Below, in pieces: positions 19,201-26,641 of a stretch of 43,948 nt of DNA. The notes below the pieces were generated by a model. It had not been told where the DNA came from, ran no database searches, and was given only the letters and a program-made list of their open reading frames with translations. Source of the stretch: Oscillospiraceae bacterium (GTDB lineage: Bacteria; Bacillota; Clostridia; Oscillospirales; CAG-272); assembly GCA_015063395.1 (NCBI GenBank), contig SVUF01000003.1:1-43948 (forward strand). Reading direction: 5' to 3'. Positions within the stretch are counted from its first letter, which is position 1. Every line of letters begins with the position of its first letter. The translations under genes and the position numbers were made by a program.

Positions 19201-19308
19201 CTCATCATCGGCATATGACGTAACCAATGAAGCCGGCGCAAGAGGAAGGATCATGGAAACAAGACAAATTAGCGAAATTATAGCTTTTGACACTCTGTTA
19301 ATCCTCAT
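16219..19308 (-). CDS. Secreted multidomain GH27 alpha-galactosidase-family glycosidase with internal rhodanese and C-terminal NPCBM/NEW2 domains
   Basis: Signal peptide; TPIMGWASWN, VDDGW, KVDWC (nucleophile Asp), SWRTGGDI (acid/base Asp), NDLDMM; LLDVRTPEEYARGHIEGA...VYCSAAKRS; GIGTHANS...DHADW. Confidence 0.88.
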   Translation of the reverse strand: MRINRVSKAIISLICLVSMILPLAPASLVTSYADDEVNSRKTPIMGWASWNAYRTDITEESILSQAIKLKELGLQELGYVFVNVDDGWQNGRGEDGLVNINTTRFPSGMKALADTLHDMGFYAGIYTDAGSYTCGWASDNEVNNFNVGLYGHDEEDLRRYLIEWGYDFIKVDWCGGIRQGLSKQQRYTAIGNIVKEIEKETGDDKIYNVCCWSFPGEWVTDVADSWRTGGDIFNNFGAVLEQLDNIKSLAKYTTPGHVNDLDMMQVGNGMTYEEDKSHFSMWCMMSTPLMLGMDLNSISDETLSIISNAELIALNQDPACIQATVAKTYGDVEAWTKDLGSADSGKKAIALLNRSNESKTVVVSFEDLGLKNVVKLRDLWSHSDIPVGETYKVTIPAHGTVVLSAEGIDIPLEDEKNDIFVEDGSTPVFEAKLEGKPKLINLTTLGKYDWVHFGDTETTKMRNGSGEIQLSYEGSYCTYGNAAATYSWTNGNGSTPVKTSTSGIGVRGKGAYMLLSTPCDQNERTLYLPIGSYSANIKIELIIGGKVQKSFSVKGGGEQKVDKLLTFTYSSDIPTTAYVKWTVVDSLGSSDSVNVEGVALSMKVTKSSLGNPKIDYNGEELEVSVNAISLSAGASVIFALEDKNGALLEFKTLEVGAKKAQTVKATFNAGKSFEGRVCAYLWKGNVPLCKNTECEVAYASNSDYGIGPMGAKHLVSKGAVLLDVRTPEEYARGHIEGALNLDYSKIATDVEKLVANKEQAVIVYCSAAKRSTQAVEAMIKLGYKNVYNLGSMSNYDVEPTLTFSSKTCKVITAGEGVEVEFTASPFDKPSVYVSIGAGSEFKDAVKIEEFTVPEYDGYYMTLKAYLAYEGVCYAEISEEFIFWSEKTVDTFATDIEWKTATIGWGSIKKDKSVNGNPLTLAGKKFSHGIGTHANSEIVMDIPKGAEKFLAVAGCDLEMSGMNTMMFFVYIDGELVDSSSLIKIGQHYIFDIDIPKGAEEIKLYAYEGTYGGNTNDHADWTVAAFFKDVK

Positions 19309-19829
19309 GACTGACCTCCTGAATAAAAATATGTATACTCTCCGCCGTCGAATGAAATTTTAATGGCAAAATCGGTGATTTCCTCATCGATTGTAACTGC
19401 AACAGTGCCCTTTCCCCTGTTATCAACAGAGATCTGAGCAATATCCACTATAAGATCCGGCTCCTCCTGCCATTTGCTATTAGTTGATGAGCCCTTGAAC
19501 ACAACTACGCCAAGCTCGGTGTTTTTGAGCCCTATCGTTACAACATTGATCGTACAGGTGCTTCCATTGCGCCTGCACTCCATAGTATCAACCTTCTTTT
19601 CTGTTGAAGTATCCGTTGGCTCAGGGGACGGATCAACGGACGGTGACGGGGTGGCATCGGCAGTATCCGATGGTGTCGGCGTTGTATCCTCCGTAGTTTT
19701 TGGTATATTTGTAGGTGTTTTCGTTGGCAATGCAGTGGGTGCCGATGTTGTTTCCTTTGGTGTATTATCGCAGGAAACAAGAAGCAGTGCCATGACCAAC
19801 AGTAAAAGCAGTGCTGTGATCCTTTTCAT
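19305..19829 (-). CDS. Lipoprotein with Thr/Pro-rich linker and small C-terminal beta-rich domain
   Basis: AGGAGG SD, ATG 19829, lipobox LVSC, low-complexity T/P/S stretch; ATGA overlap with the GH27 gene. Confidence 0.8.
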   Translation of the reverse strand: MKRITALLLLLVMALLLVSCDNTPKETTSAPTALPTKTPTNIPKTTEDTTPTPSDTADATPSPSVDPSPEPTDTSTEKKVDTMECRRNGSTCTINVVTIGLKNTELGVVVFKGSSTNSKWQEEPDLIVDIAQISVDNRGKGTVAVTIDEEITDFAIKISFDGGEYTYFYSGGQS

Positions 19830-19860
19830 TCTGAACCTCCTAAGTTTTTTCTTTATATAA

Positions 19861-19889
19861 AGTATAAAACTTTTTTGGTCATTTGTCAA
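19861..19889 (-). promoter_or_regulatory. sigma-A promoter of the lipoprotein-GH27 operon
   Basis: TTGACA-17-TATACT. Confidence 0.75.
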
Positions 19890-20000
19890 TACGCGAGCCC
19901 TTTAGATAACTTTATATTTTATATAAAATCACTCAAATACTCAATCATCAATGGCAATCCTTACAAAATCGCCTTGTTTTGTGCATGTTCACTCATATCA

Positions 20001-20019
20001 ATATATATATATATATATA
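20001..20019. repeat. (AT)9A dinucleotide simple sequence repeat
   Basis: Seen directly between divergent promoters. Confidence 0.9.
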
Positions 20020-20040
20020 GATTTTATATGGTTTTTGATA

Positions 20041-20070
20041 TTGACTTTGACTGCTCCGCGGTGATATAAT
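20041..20070 (+). promoter_or_regulatory. sigma-A promoter of the 20112 gene
   Basis: TTGACT-18-TATAAT with extended -10 TG. Confidence 0.65.
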
Positions 20071-20111
20071 TTAGAAAAATACCCTATTATATAATAATGG
20101 AAGGAGAAATT

Positions 20112-20753
20112 ATGAACACAACCAATCAGACACAGGCAACACCTGTAAACAAGTCCGAAAACGTACTTGCGGGCATCGTGGGAGCTTTCCTTTTCGCTCT
20201 TGTAGGAGGAATTCTGTGGTTTATACTTGACAGAGTCGATTTTGTTGCAGGTATCAGCGGAATCGTCGGAGTAATTGCCGCAAACCGCGGATATACATTT
20301 TTTGCAAAGGGTTCAAGCAAAAAAGGCATCATCATTTCCAGCATCATCGCAATCCTTGTTCTTGTATTGGCATGGTATCTCTGCTTCTCTCTTGATCTTT
20401 ATCAAGCACACGAGGGATGGTACGCAGACGGCGAGATAGACTATATGCCCACATATTTTGAGTGTGTAGCAAGCGGATATTTGTTTTTTAGCGATGCAGA
20501 GATCGCGTTTTCCTACATAAAGATCCTGCTTATAGGTCTTGCTCTTGCAGTGGTTTCAACGATCCCCACATTCAAGCAGCTTATGCAAAACCAAAAGATT
20601 GCAAATGAAGCTCCCATTGAAGCGGACTACACCTACAATACAGCATCAAACACAGAAACCCCTGAAACAGCAAACGAAGAAAAAGCTGAAAACGGTGAGA
20701 CTGACAAGGAAGAACCAAAGCAGGAAAACGCCGAAAACGGCGAAAGCAACTGA
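20112..20753 (+). CDS. Hypothetical membrane protein (about 4 TM) with acidic C-terminal tail
   Basis: AAGGAG SD before ATG 20112; hydrophobic segments; E/N-rich tail. Confidence 0.75.
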   Translation: MNTTNQTQATPVNKSENVLAGIVGAFLFALVGGILWFILDRVDFVAGISGIVGVIAANRGYTFFAKGSSKKGIIISSIIAILVLVLAWYLCFSLDLYQAHEGWYADGEIDYMPTYFECVASGYLFFSDAEIAFSYIKILLIGLALAVVSTIPTFKQLMQNQKIANEAPIEADYTYNTASNTETPETANEEKAENGETDKEEPKQENAENGESN

Positions 20754-20773
20754 CCAAAAGTATCAAAATACAC

Positions 20774-20805
20774 AAAATCACTGTCACGCCGACAGTGATT
20801 TTTTT
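20774..20805 (+). terminator. Rho-independent terminator
   Basis: AATCACTGTC-ACGCC-GACAGTGATT followed by T-run. Confidence 0.8.
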
Positions 20806-20941
20806 GCGTATTTTTCGGCTTTATTTTACAAAAACCATTGATTTATTAACAATTATGTGTTATTATAATCGTTGGTGTATAAATAAACACCTCAAAAAAG
20901 TAAACAATAATAAAAATAATAGAAAAGGTTAGGTATTCACT

Positions 20942-22189
20942 ATGACACTTAAAGGCGCATGTATAATCGGTCAGTCAGGCGGCCCTACTTCCGTAATTAA
21001 CGCAAGTGCTTACGGTTGTATCAAGACCGCTCTTGAAAACGAAAACATCACTGCAGTTTACGGTGCTCTCAACGGCATCAAGGGAGTTCTTGATGACAAT
21101 CTCATCGACATGGGTAAGGAAGACCCCGCAGAACTCGAGCTTATGAAGTACACACCCTCCTCTGCTCTCGGCTCATGCCGTTACAAGCTTAAGGATCCCG
21201 ATGTTGATCCCACAGATTACAACCGTATTCTTGAGATCTTCAAAAAGTACAACGTTCGTTACTTCTTCTACAACGGCGGTAACGACTCCATGGACACATG
21301 TAACAAGATCAGTAAGTTCATGCTCAAGAACGGATATGAGTGCCGCGTAATGGGTATTCCCAAGACAATCGACAACGACCTTGCAGGAACAGACCACTGC
21401 CCCGGCTACGCTTCCGCAGCAAAGTATATCGCAACATCTCTCATGGAGATCTACCACGACGCAAGAGTTTACGACACAGGAATGATCACTGTTGTTGAGA
21501 TCATGGGTAGAAACGCAGGTTGGCTTACAGCTTCCGCTTCTCTCGCTTGCGCAAAGGGCAACGGCCCCGACCTCATTTACTGCCCTGAGAATGATTTTGA
21601 TATGGATACATTCATCAACGAGGTAACTGAGATCTACAACAAGAACAAGAAGTGTATCGTTGCTGTTTCCGAGGGTATCCACGACAAGAACGGCAAGTAC
21701 ATTTCCGAATACGGCAACGACCTTGGAAACGCTACAGACGGATTCGGTCACGCTCAGCTCGGCGGTCTTGCAACATACCTTGCTTCTGTTCTCAAGGAAA
21801 AGACAGGCGCAAAGGTTAGAGGCATTGAGCTCAGCCTTCTCCAGAGATGTGCTGCTCACTCTGCTTCCCAGACAGATATCGAGGAGTCATTCTCCGCAGG
21901 TAAGGCAGCTGTTGAAAACGCAACTGCAGGTGTTACAGACAAGATGGTAGGCTTTGAGAGAACATATGTGGACGGCAAGTACGTTTGCAACATCAAGCTC
22001 TTTGACCTCAGCATCGTTGCTAACACAGAAAAGAAGATTCCTGCTGAATGGTTCAACGCTGAAAAGAACGGCATGACAGAGGCGTTTGTTGAATACGCAC
22101 TTCCTCTCATTCAGGGCGAGACACAGCTCAAGAAGGAAGACAGCCTTCCCAGATTTGTAAAGCTCAAGAAGGTTAAGGCTACTGTTTAA
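20942..22189 (+). CDS. pfp: Pyrophosphate-dependent 6-phosphofructokinase
   Basis: GQSGGPTSVIN, GGNDS (Asp) and PKTIDND (Lys), the PPi-type specificity residues; MGRNAGW. Confidence 0.9.
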   Translation: MTLKGACIIGQSGGPTSVINASAYGCIKTALENENITAVYGALNGIKGVLDDNLIDMGKEDPAELELMKYTPSSALGSCRYKLKDPDVDPTDYNRILEIFKKYNVRYFFYNGGNDSMDTCNKISKFMLKNGYECRVMGIPKTIDNDLAGTDHCPGYASAAKYIATSLMEIYHDARVYDTGMITVVEIMGRNAGWLTASASLACAKGNGPDLIYCPENDFDMDTFINEVTEIYNKNKKCIVAVSEGIHDKNGKYISEYGNDLGNATDGFGHAQLGGLATYLASVLKEKTGAKVRGIELSLLQRCAAHSASQTDIEESFSAGKAAVENATAGVTDKMVGFERTYVDGKYVCNIKLFDLSIVANTEKKIPAEWFNAEKNGMTEAFVEYALPLIQGETQLKKEDSLPRFVKLKKVKATV

Positions 22190-22211
22190 TCATTATTATA
22201 AAGCTTAAAAG

Positions 22212-22255
22212 AAAGCTCCCCGACAGATTTAGGTCTGTCGGGGAGCTTTTGTTTT
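22212..22255. terminator. Bidirectional terminator between pfk and mntP
   Basis: AAAGCTCCCCGACAGA/TCTGTCGGGGAGCTTT 16-bp stem flanked by A and T runs. Confidence 0.85.
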
Positions 22256-22259
22256 ATAA

Positions 22260-22847
22260 TTATAAAATTCCCGTTATGAATATTTCTATTCCGATAAAGA
22301 TCAAAATTGCGCCGCCGAATACGGATGCCTTGTTTGAAAGATGTGTTCCAAACTTCTTTCCTATACAAATTCCCGCAAAGCAAATGACAAAGGTCACAGA
22401 TGCAATTATAATGGCGCTTATAAACGCCTCAATAAAATTATAATCAGAAATTGTAAAGCCAACGGACAGGGCATCAATTGATGTTGCAACCCCCTGTACC
22501 AAAAGCGCTCCGAACCCAAGCTTTGCACAGCAGCAATCCCTGTCCTTCTCTTCGCCGCAGGGCTTACACTTCAGCCCCTCGAAAAGCATTTTTCCACCGA
22601 TGAATGAAAGGAGCGCAAGAGCGATCCACGGAATAAATTTTTGAAAAGCCTCAAAATATGTTGCAAGAGTATGTACGCAAGCCCAGCCAATCAATGGCAT
22701 CATTCCCTGAAATACTGCAAATACACCTGCGACCAATGTCATTTTAAGCTTGGACATCTTCGATTCATTAAGTCCGTTGGCAAGGGACACGGAAAAAGCA
22801 TCCATCGCAAGACCGAGACCGATCAGTATACTGTTATAAATCAACAT
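22260..22847 (-). CDS. mntP: Manganese efflux pump MntP family protein
   Basis: GLAMDAFSVS, FQGMMP, ATSIDALSVG motifs; start ATG 22847 with GAGG SD. Confidence 0.9.
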   Translation of the reverse strand: MLIYNSILIGLGLAMDAFSVSLANGLNESKMSKLKMTLVAGVFAVFQGMMPLIGWACVHTLATYFEAFQKFIPWIALALLSFIGGKMLFEGLKCKPCGEEKDRDCCCAKLGFGALLVQGVATSIDALSVGFTISDYNFIEAFISAIIIASVTFVICFAGICIGKKFGTHLSNKASVFGGAILIFIGIEIFITGIL

Positions 22848-22936
22848 AATTATATTTCCTCTTTGATGACAAATACAAAGCAATCAAGATCATTGCTTCT
22901 CCCGATTGCTTTGCATTATTTATTAATATATATCCG

Positions 22937-24535
22937 TCAGATGCTTACAGACGCTGTGATCTCAATGCTTGTCAAAACCTTTGACAGCATATCGTGGTTG
23001 ATCTTCAACTCATATCCGCCAAGGGCATCCTTATATAAGAACACATTGTCACTGCCCTCAACATAGTACTTTGTGGGATTTGCACCCATAGCATCAATTA
23101 CCTGATCCTCGTCACACATAAGGTCAAGTGCGCCCAACGCTGCGAAATTCACAAGATCGGCAGGAGTTGATGTCTCGCTTCTCTCAATTGTGACAGAATT
23201 TCTCTTGAACACAACAATGCTTGTGTCTGCAAGCTTCACAACCAAGCCCTCGTCAATAGTGCCTGAAAATTCAATCACCGCCGTATTGTCCGCACTTGTA
23301 ACGATGGAGACAAATGCTTCGGGATCCGCAAAATAATCCTTAAGACCGATGACTGCATTTCCGATCCTGAAGGAATATGACGAGAAATCGAAATCGGTTT
23401 TGCCTGTTCCAATGATGATCACATACTCAAGCTCCTCAACAGCCTTGTTGATCGCCGCTATAGCCGCCTTCAAGGAAGCAGTTGTGGACTTTGAGGAATT
23501 GTATTCATCAATTGCAGAATTTATTACCTCATTGAGATTTTCATAGCTTGATTCTGTAAAATAATCCCCGTGGGCAAGATACTTTTCCTGTGTATCAATT
23601 ACAAGATCATAAAGCTGCTTTCTGATGTCCGAGCCCTCAAGCGAGTTCACCGCAAGGATAAGCTCAGCTTTAACGTCATCAAGCTGTTTTTGACTCATAT
23701 CATCGCTTTCAATGGCTTCACGTGCTTTTACAATTGCTTCGTGGAGTGCCTTATACGAAGCCTCGGAATAGTATACCGATGAAGGAATTCCATCAACAGT
23801 TCCGTTGTAAAGCTTTGATGCCTTGTCATATTCCTCGGAAAGAGCATCTGTATTGCCTCTGAGTGTAAGCTTTTCAATTGCAGATCTCAGCTGAGTTACA
23901 CAAAGCTGGATCTCCGCCTTACAGTCAGCAACCTCATCGGGACTTTCTGCCTTGTTCGCCTTATCAATGAGAAGCTGAGCCGCATTGTAAAGAAGAATAT
24001 AATTATTATAGGTGCTTGCCGTGTACTTGGATTCCTCAACATTAAAGATCATGAGCTGCTCAAGCTCACTGACATCCGCCTTTGGAATCAATGCCTCAAT
24101 TTTATCAGTCAATGATTTTATCGCACTGTTTACAGAGCTTTGTCTTGAGTTCTTATTGTTGAAAACCTCTCTTGCCGCTGCATAGGCATCAAGATACTGT
24201 GCGTAGCTTTCAACGGTGTATTTTTCCGCCTCATAGCTTTGAGCCAACAGTCCTTCCAGCACGGAAAAATTTGCTCTTTTTACAAGACCGTTGATTGCTG
24301 AGTTAAGCTCCTTTGTAGCATTGTTTATCTTGGTTTCCGTTGTGCCTGTGTCAGCAAGAACCGCCACGGCTTCGTCGTATTTTTGCTTATATACTGCATA
24401 GGATTCCTCAGTATAATCCTCTTTATTGACCTCTATGTCGATTACTGCCTGAAGCTCCGATTTATCGAGACCGCCGCATGATGCCAGCAAGAAAAGCAGT
24501 GCAGACACCAAAACCAAAAGTATTACTTTCTTCAA
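22937..24535 (-). CDS. Lipoprotein with tandem FIVAR-like helical repeats and an unknown C-terminal domain
   Basis: Lipobox LASC; about 5 repeats of DYT.ESY..Y......A..V......Q..VN.A...L..AI..L. Confidence 0.8.
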   Translation of the reverse strand: MKKVILLVLVSALLFLLASCGGLDKSELQAVIDIEVNKEDYTEESYAVYKQKYDEAVAVLADTGTTETKINNATKELNSAINGLVKRANFSVLEGLLAQSYEAEKYTVESYAQYLDAYAAAREVFNNKNSRQSSVNSAIKSLTDKIEALIPKADVSELEQLMIFNVEESKYTASTYNNYILLYNAAQLLIDKANKAESPDEVADCKAEIQLCVTQLRSAIEKLTLRGNTDALSEEYDKASKLYNGTVDGIPSSVYYSEASYKALHEAIVKAREAIESDDMSQKQLDDVKAELILAVNSLEGSDIRKQLYDLVIDTQEKYLAHGDYFTESSYENLNEVINSAIDEYNSSKSTTASLKAAIAAINKAVEELEYVIIIGTGKTDFDFSSYSFRIGNAVIGLKDYFADPEAFVSIVTSADNTAVIEFSGTIDEGLVVKLADTSIVVFKRNSVTIERSETSTPADLVNFAALGALDLMCDEDQVIDAMGANPTKYYVEGSDNVFLYKDALGGYELKINHDMLSKVLTSIEITASVSI

Positions 24536-24571
24536 GGCTATAATACCTCCATTATTTTATATTATAAAATC

Positions 24572-24600
24572 AGTATATCACATCCGATATTTTTTGTCAA
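24572..24600 (-). promoter_or_regulatory. sigma-A promoter of the FIVAR lipoprotein gene
   Basis: TTGACA-17-TATACT with extended -10 TG. Confidence 0.75.
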
Positions 24601-24638
24601 TAGACCTTCCTTTTCCCAAAAATGAACAATTATGAACT

Positions 24639-26081
24639 TTATTTATTCTTTTTTTGACATTCATCAAGACTCACCCTTGACATGACCCTCCAAAGCGCTT
24701 CTTTATCAAAGGGGACAAGGGGATACAGATACCCGGGGGCACCTTTTATGGTGGGAGTTGTGACGATCATCACAATTGTCAAAAGTATCCCTGCCCAAAA
24801 GCCCCAAACGTGAAACAGCCCTGTCAGCACAAGGGTTATGATCCTCATGAATTTGAAGGCATACCCAAGCTCAAAGTTTGGCTGAGTGAAATTTGCAATT
24901 GCCACAAAGGACATATAAAAAATCACGTTTTCAGAAAGCCAACCAACGCTTACTGCAAAGTCTCCAAGAAGAAGTCCGCCGATTATTCCAAGGGAGCTTG
25001 ACATGGTATCGGGGGCATTGAGGGATGCAAGCTTCAAGCCGTCAACACATATCTCCACTCCGATGAGCTGTAACAGTATGGGAACATTCTGATCCCCCTT
25101 TGGCACGATAAACTCAAGCCACCCCGGTAATATTTCGGGAGTGCTTATGAGTAAATACCATACGGGCGTCAGCATCAAGGAAAGGCTATAAACTACAAGA
25201 CGAACCATTTTTAAATATTTTCCAATGAAGGGTGTGAAATAAAAATCGTTGGTGTCCTGTGTAAAGCTGAAAAATGTTGTGGGAAGGATCATTGCGCTGG
25301 GATAATTGTCGCAAAGAAGAATAATACTCCCCTCCATGATCATGGCGCAGGCGGCATCGGGTCTCTCCGTATACCGTATTCTCGGAAAAGGGTTGAACCA
25401 TCGTCCTCCAATCATTACCTCGGCAATGCTTTCAAGTCCCATATTAATGCCGTCAAGACAAAGAGAGCCAAGCTTGTTTTCAATTGACTCAAGAAGCTTA
25501 TTGCTTGCCCTGCCCTCCAAATAGCAAAGAGCCACATCCGTTTTAGTTCTCTTGCCTATTGTATGCTTTCTGACTCTCAAAGATGTGTCTCTGATCCGTC
25601 TTCTTATAAGTCCCGTATTTACAACAAGGGATTCAATAAAGCCCTCACGGGGTCCTCTGAGAACCTTATCGTTTGCAGGCTCGCCAACGCCCCTCATGCT
25701 ATATCTTCGGGAATCTATGATGATTATGTCGGAAAGCCCCTTTACAACAAGCGCGGACGTACCCGACATTACAAAATATACTGCCCTGTCAACCGAAGGC
25801 TCTGCGCTTGACTCGGAGTATGGAATTGCATTTTTGAAAAAGCCCTCGGGATTTTTCGGAAGATATGAGGAAAGGCTTTTGTTTTTTATAAGGTATTCAA
25901 CGATCTGCTCTGTAAGCTCACCGTTGCCAAAGGAATTTATTCCATAAAACACCGCTTCAACCTCGCCGCTTATCATCAGCCTTTTTCTGACTATGTCAAA
26001 ATTGATGCCATATCCCAAGCCTTCGTCCATCAACGCAAGGGTTTCCCCATATTTCTCATTTATATTATCCGTAAATATCAC
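24639..26081 (-). CDS. GerA-family spore germination protein (SpoVAF-like), stand-alone
   Basis: EP..DKVLRGPREGFIE...NTGLIRRRIR, WFNPFPRIRYTERPD, C-terminal TMs, YLYPLVPF; GTG start. Confidence 0.88.
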   Translation of the reverse strand: MIFTDNINEKYGETLALMDEGLGYGINFDIVRKRLMISGEVEAVFYGINSFGNGELTEQIVEYLIKNKSLSSYLPKNPEGFFKNAIPYSESSAEPSVDRAVYFVMSGTSALVVKGLSDIIIIDSRRYSMRGVGEPANDKVLRGPREGFIESLVVNTGLIRRRIRDTSLRVRKHTIGKRTKTDVALCYLEGRASNKLLESIENKLGSLCLDGINMGLESIAEVMIGGRWFNPFPRIRYTERPDAACAMIMEGSIILLCDNYPSAMILPTTFFSFTQDTNDFYFTPFIGKYLKMVRLVVYSLSLMLTPVWYLLISTPEILPGWLEFIVPKGDQNVPILLQLIGVEICVDGLKLASLNAPDTMSSSLGIIGGLLLGDFAVSVGWLSENVIFYMSFVAIANFTQPNFELGYAFKFMRIITLVLTGLFHVWGFWAGILLTIVMIVTTPTIKGAPGYLYPLVPFDKEALWRVMSRVSLDECQKKNK

Positions 26082-26226
26082 CCTTTTATTACAAAGTTAT
26101 ATTGTCTATTATTTTACAAATAATAAAGGTATATTCAAAAAAGCACTAAAACCAATCATTAATTGTCACTATTATGGTTCTTTTATATTATTACCTGAGT
26201 CTATCACAAAAATTGCAACAAAACCA

Positions 26227-26255
26227 TTGACATTTTGAAAAAAATATAATATAAT
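26227..26255 (+). promoter_or_regulatory. sigma-A promoter
   Basis: TTGACA-17-TATAAT, consensus. Confidence 0.75.
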
Positions 26256-26291
26256 ACCAGGAGTAAATATTTTTTGAAAGGAGACTTTACC

Positions 26292-26534
26292 ATGGAATTC
26301 TTGAAGAAATTCTTTCCCAGATCTTTTTCTCATTCCAACACTGTTGCTCAGGTAATCATCACAGCAATTATTTATCTTGTTGTTGGTGCTGTTGCAGGTG
26401 TTGCAATCGGAATTCTTTCTTTTATCCCTGTTGTTAACCTCATCGTAGGAATCCTCGGATCACTTGTTGACATCTACTGTCTTGTGGGAATCGTAGTTTC
26501 AATTCTCGTTTACCTCAAGGTTATAAACAAGTAA
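26292..26534 (+). CDS. Small hydrophobic membrane protein (2 TM)
   Basis: AAGGAG SD; 80 aa; own promoter and terminator. Confidence 0.75.
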   Translation: MEFLKKFFPRSFSHSNTVAQVIITAIIYLVVGAVAGVAIGILSFIPVVNLIVGILGSLVDIYCLVGIVVSILVYLKVINK

Positions 26535-26551
26535 TTATTAAAGCACATAAT

Positions 26552-26602
26552 AAAAAGAGACTGCAAAATCTCATGGATCATTGAGGTTTTCAGTCTCTTT
26601 TT
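26552..26602. terminator. Bidirectional terminator
   Basis: AAAAAGAGACTG...CAGTCTCTTTTT long stem between convergent genes. Confidence 0.75.
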
Positions 26603-26641
26603 AGTTTGCCCTGCAAGATATACCTTACAGGGCGATTTTTA

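Noticed and set aside
19980-19993. TGTGCATGTTCACT, a near-palindrome resembling a LacI/cre operator upstream of the GH27 operon
   Set aside because: It lacks the central CG, is about 90 bp from the promoter, and no LacI-family gene is in the window.
21173-21859. 228-aa ORF antisense to pfk (likewise 10397-11116, 16144-16899 and most short ORFs in the track)
   Set aside because: They overlap well-supported genes on the opposite strand or another frame and have no recognisable motifs.
22848-22936. Possible yybP-ykoY Mn riboswitch upstream of mntP (GGGAGAAGC and GTCATCA fragments)
   Set aside because: The region is short and AT-rich, the core GGGGAGTAGC is imperfect, and no four-way junction or downstream GAGAC was seen. 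An Rfam RF00080 scan would settle it.
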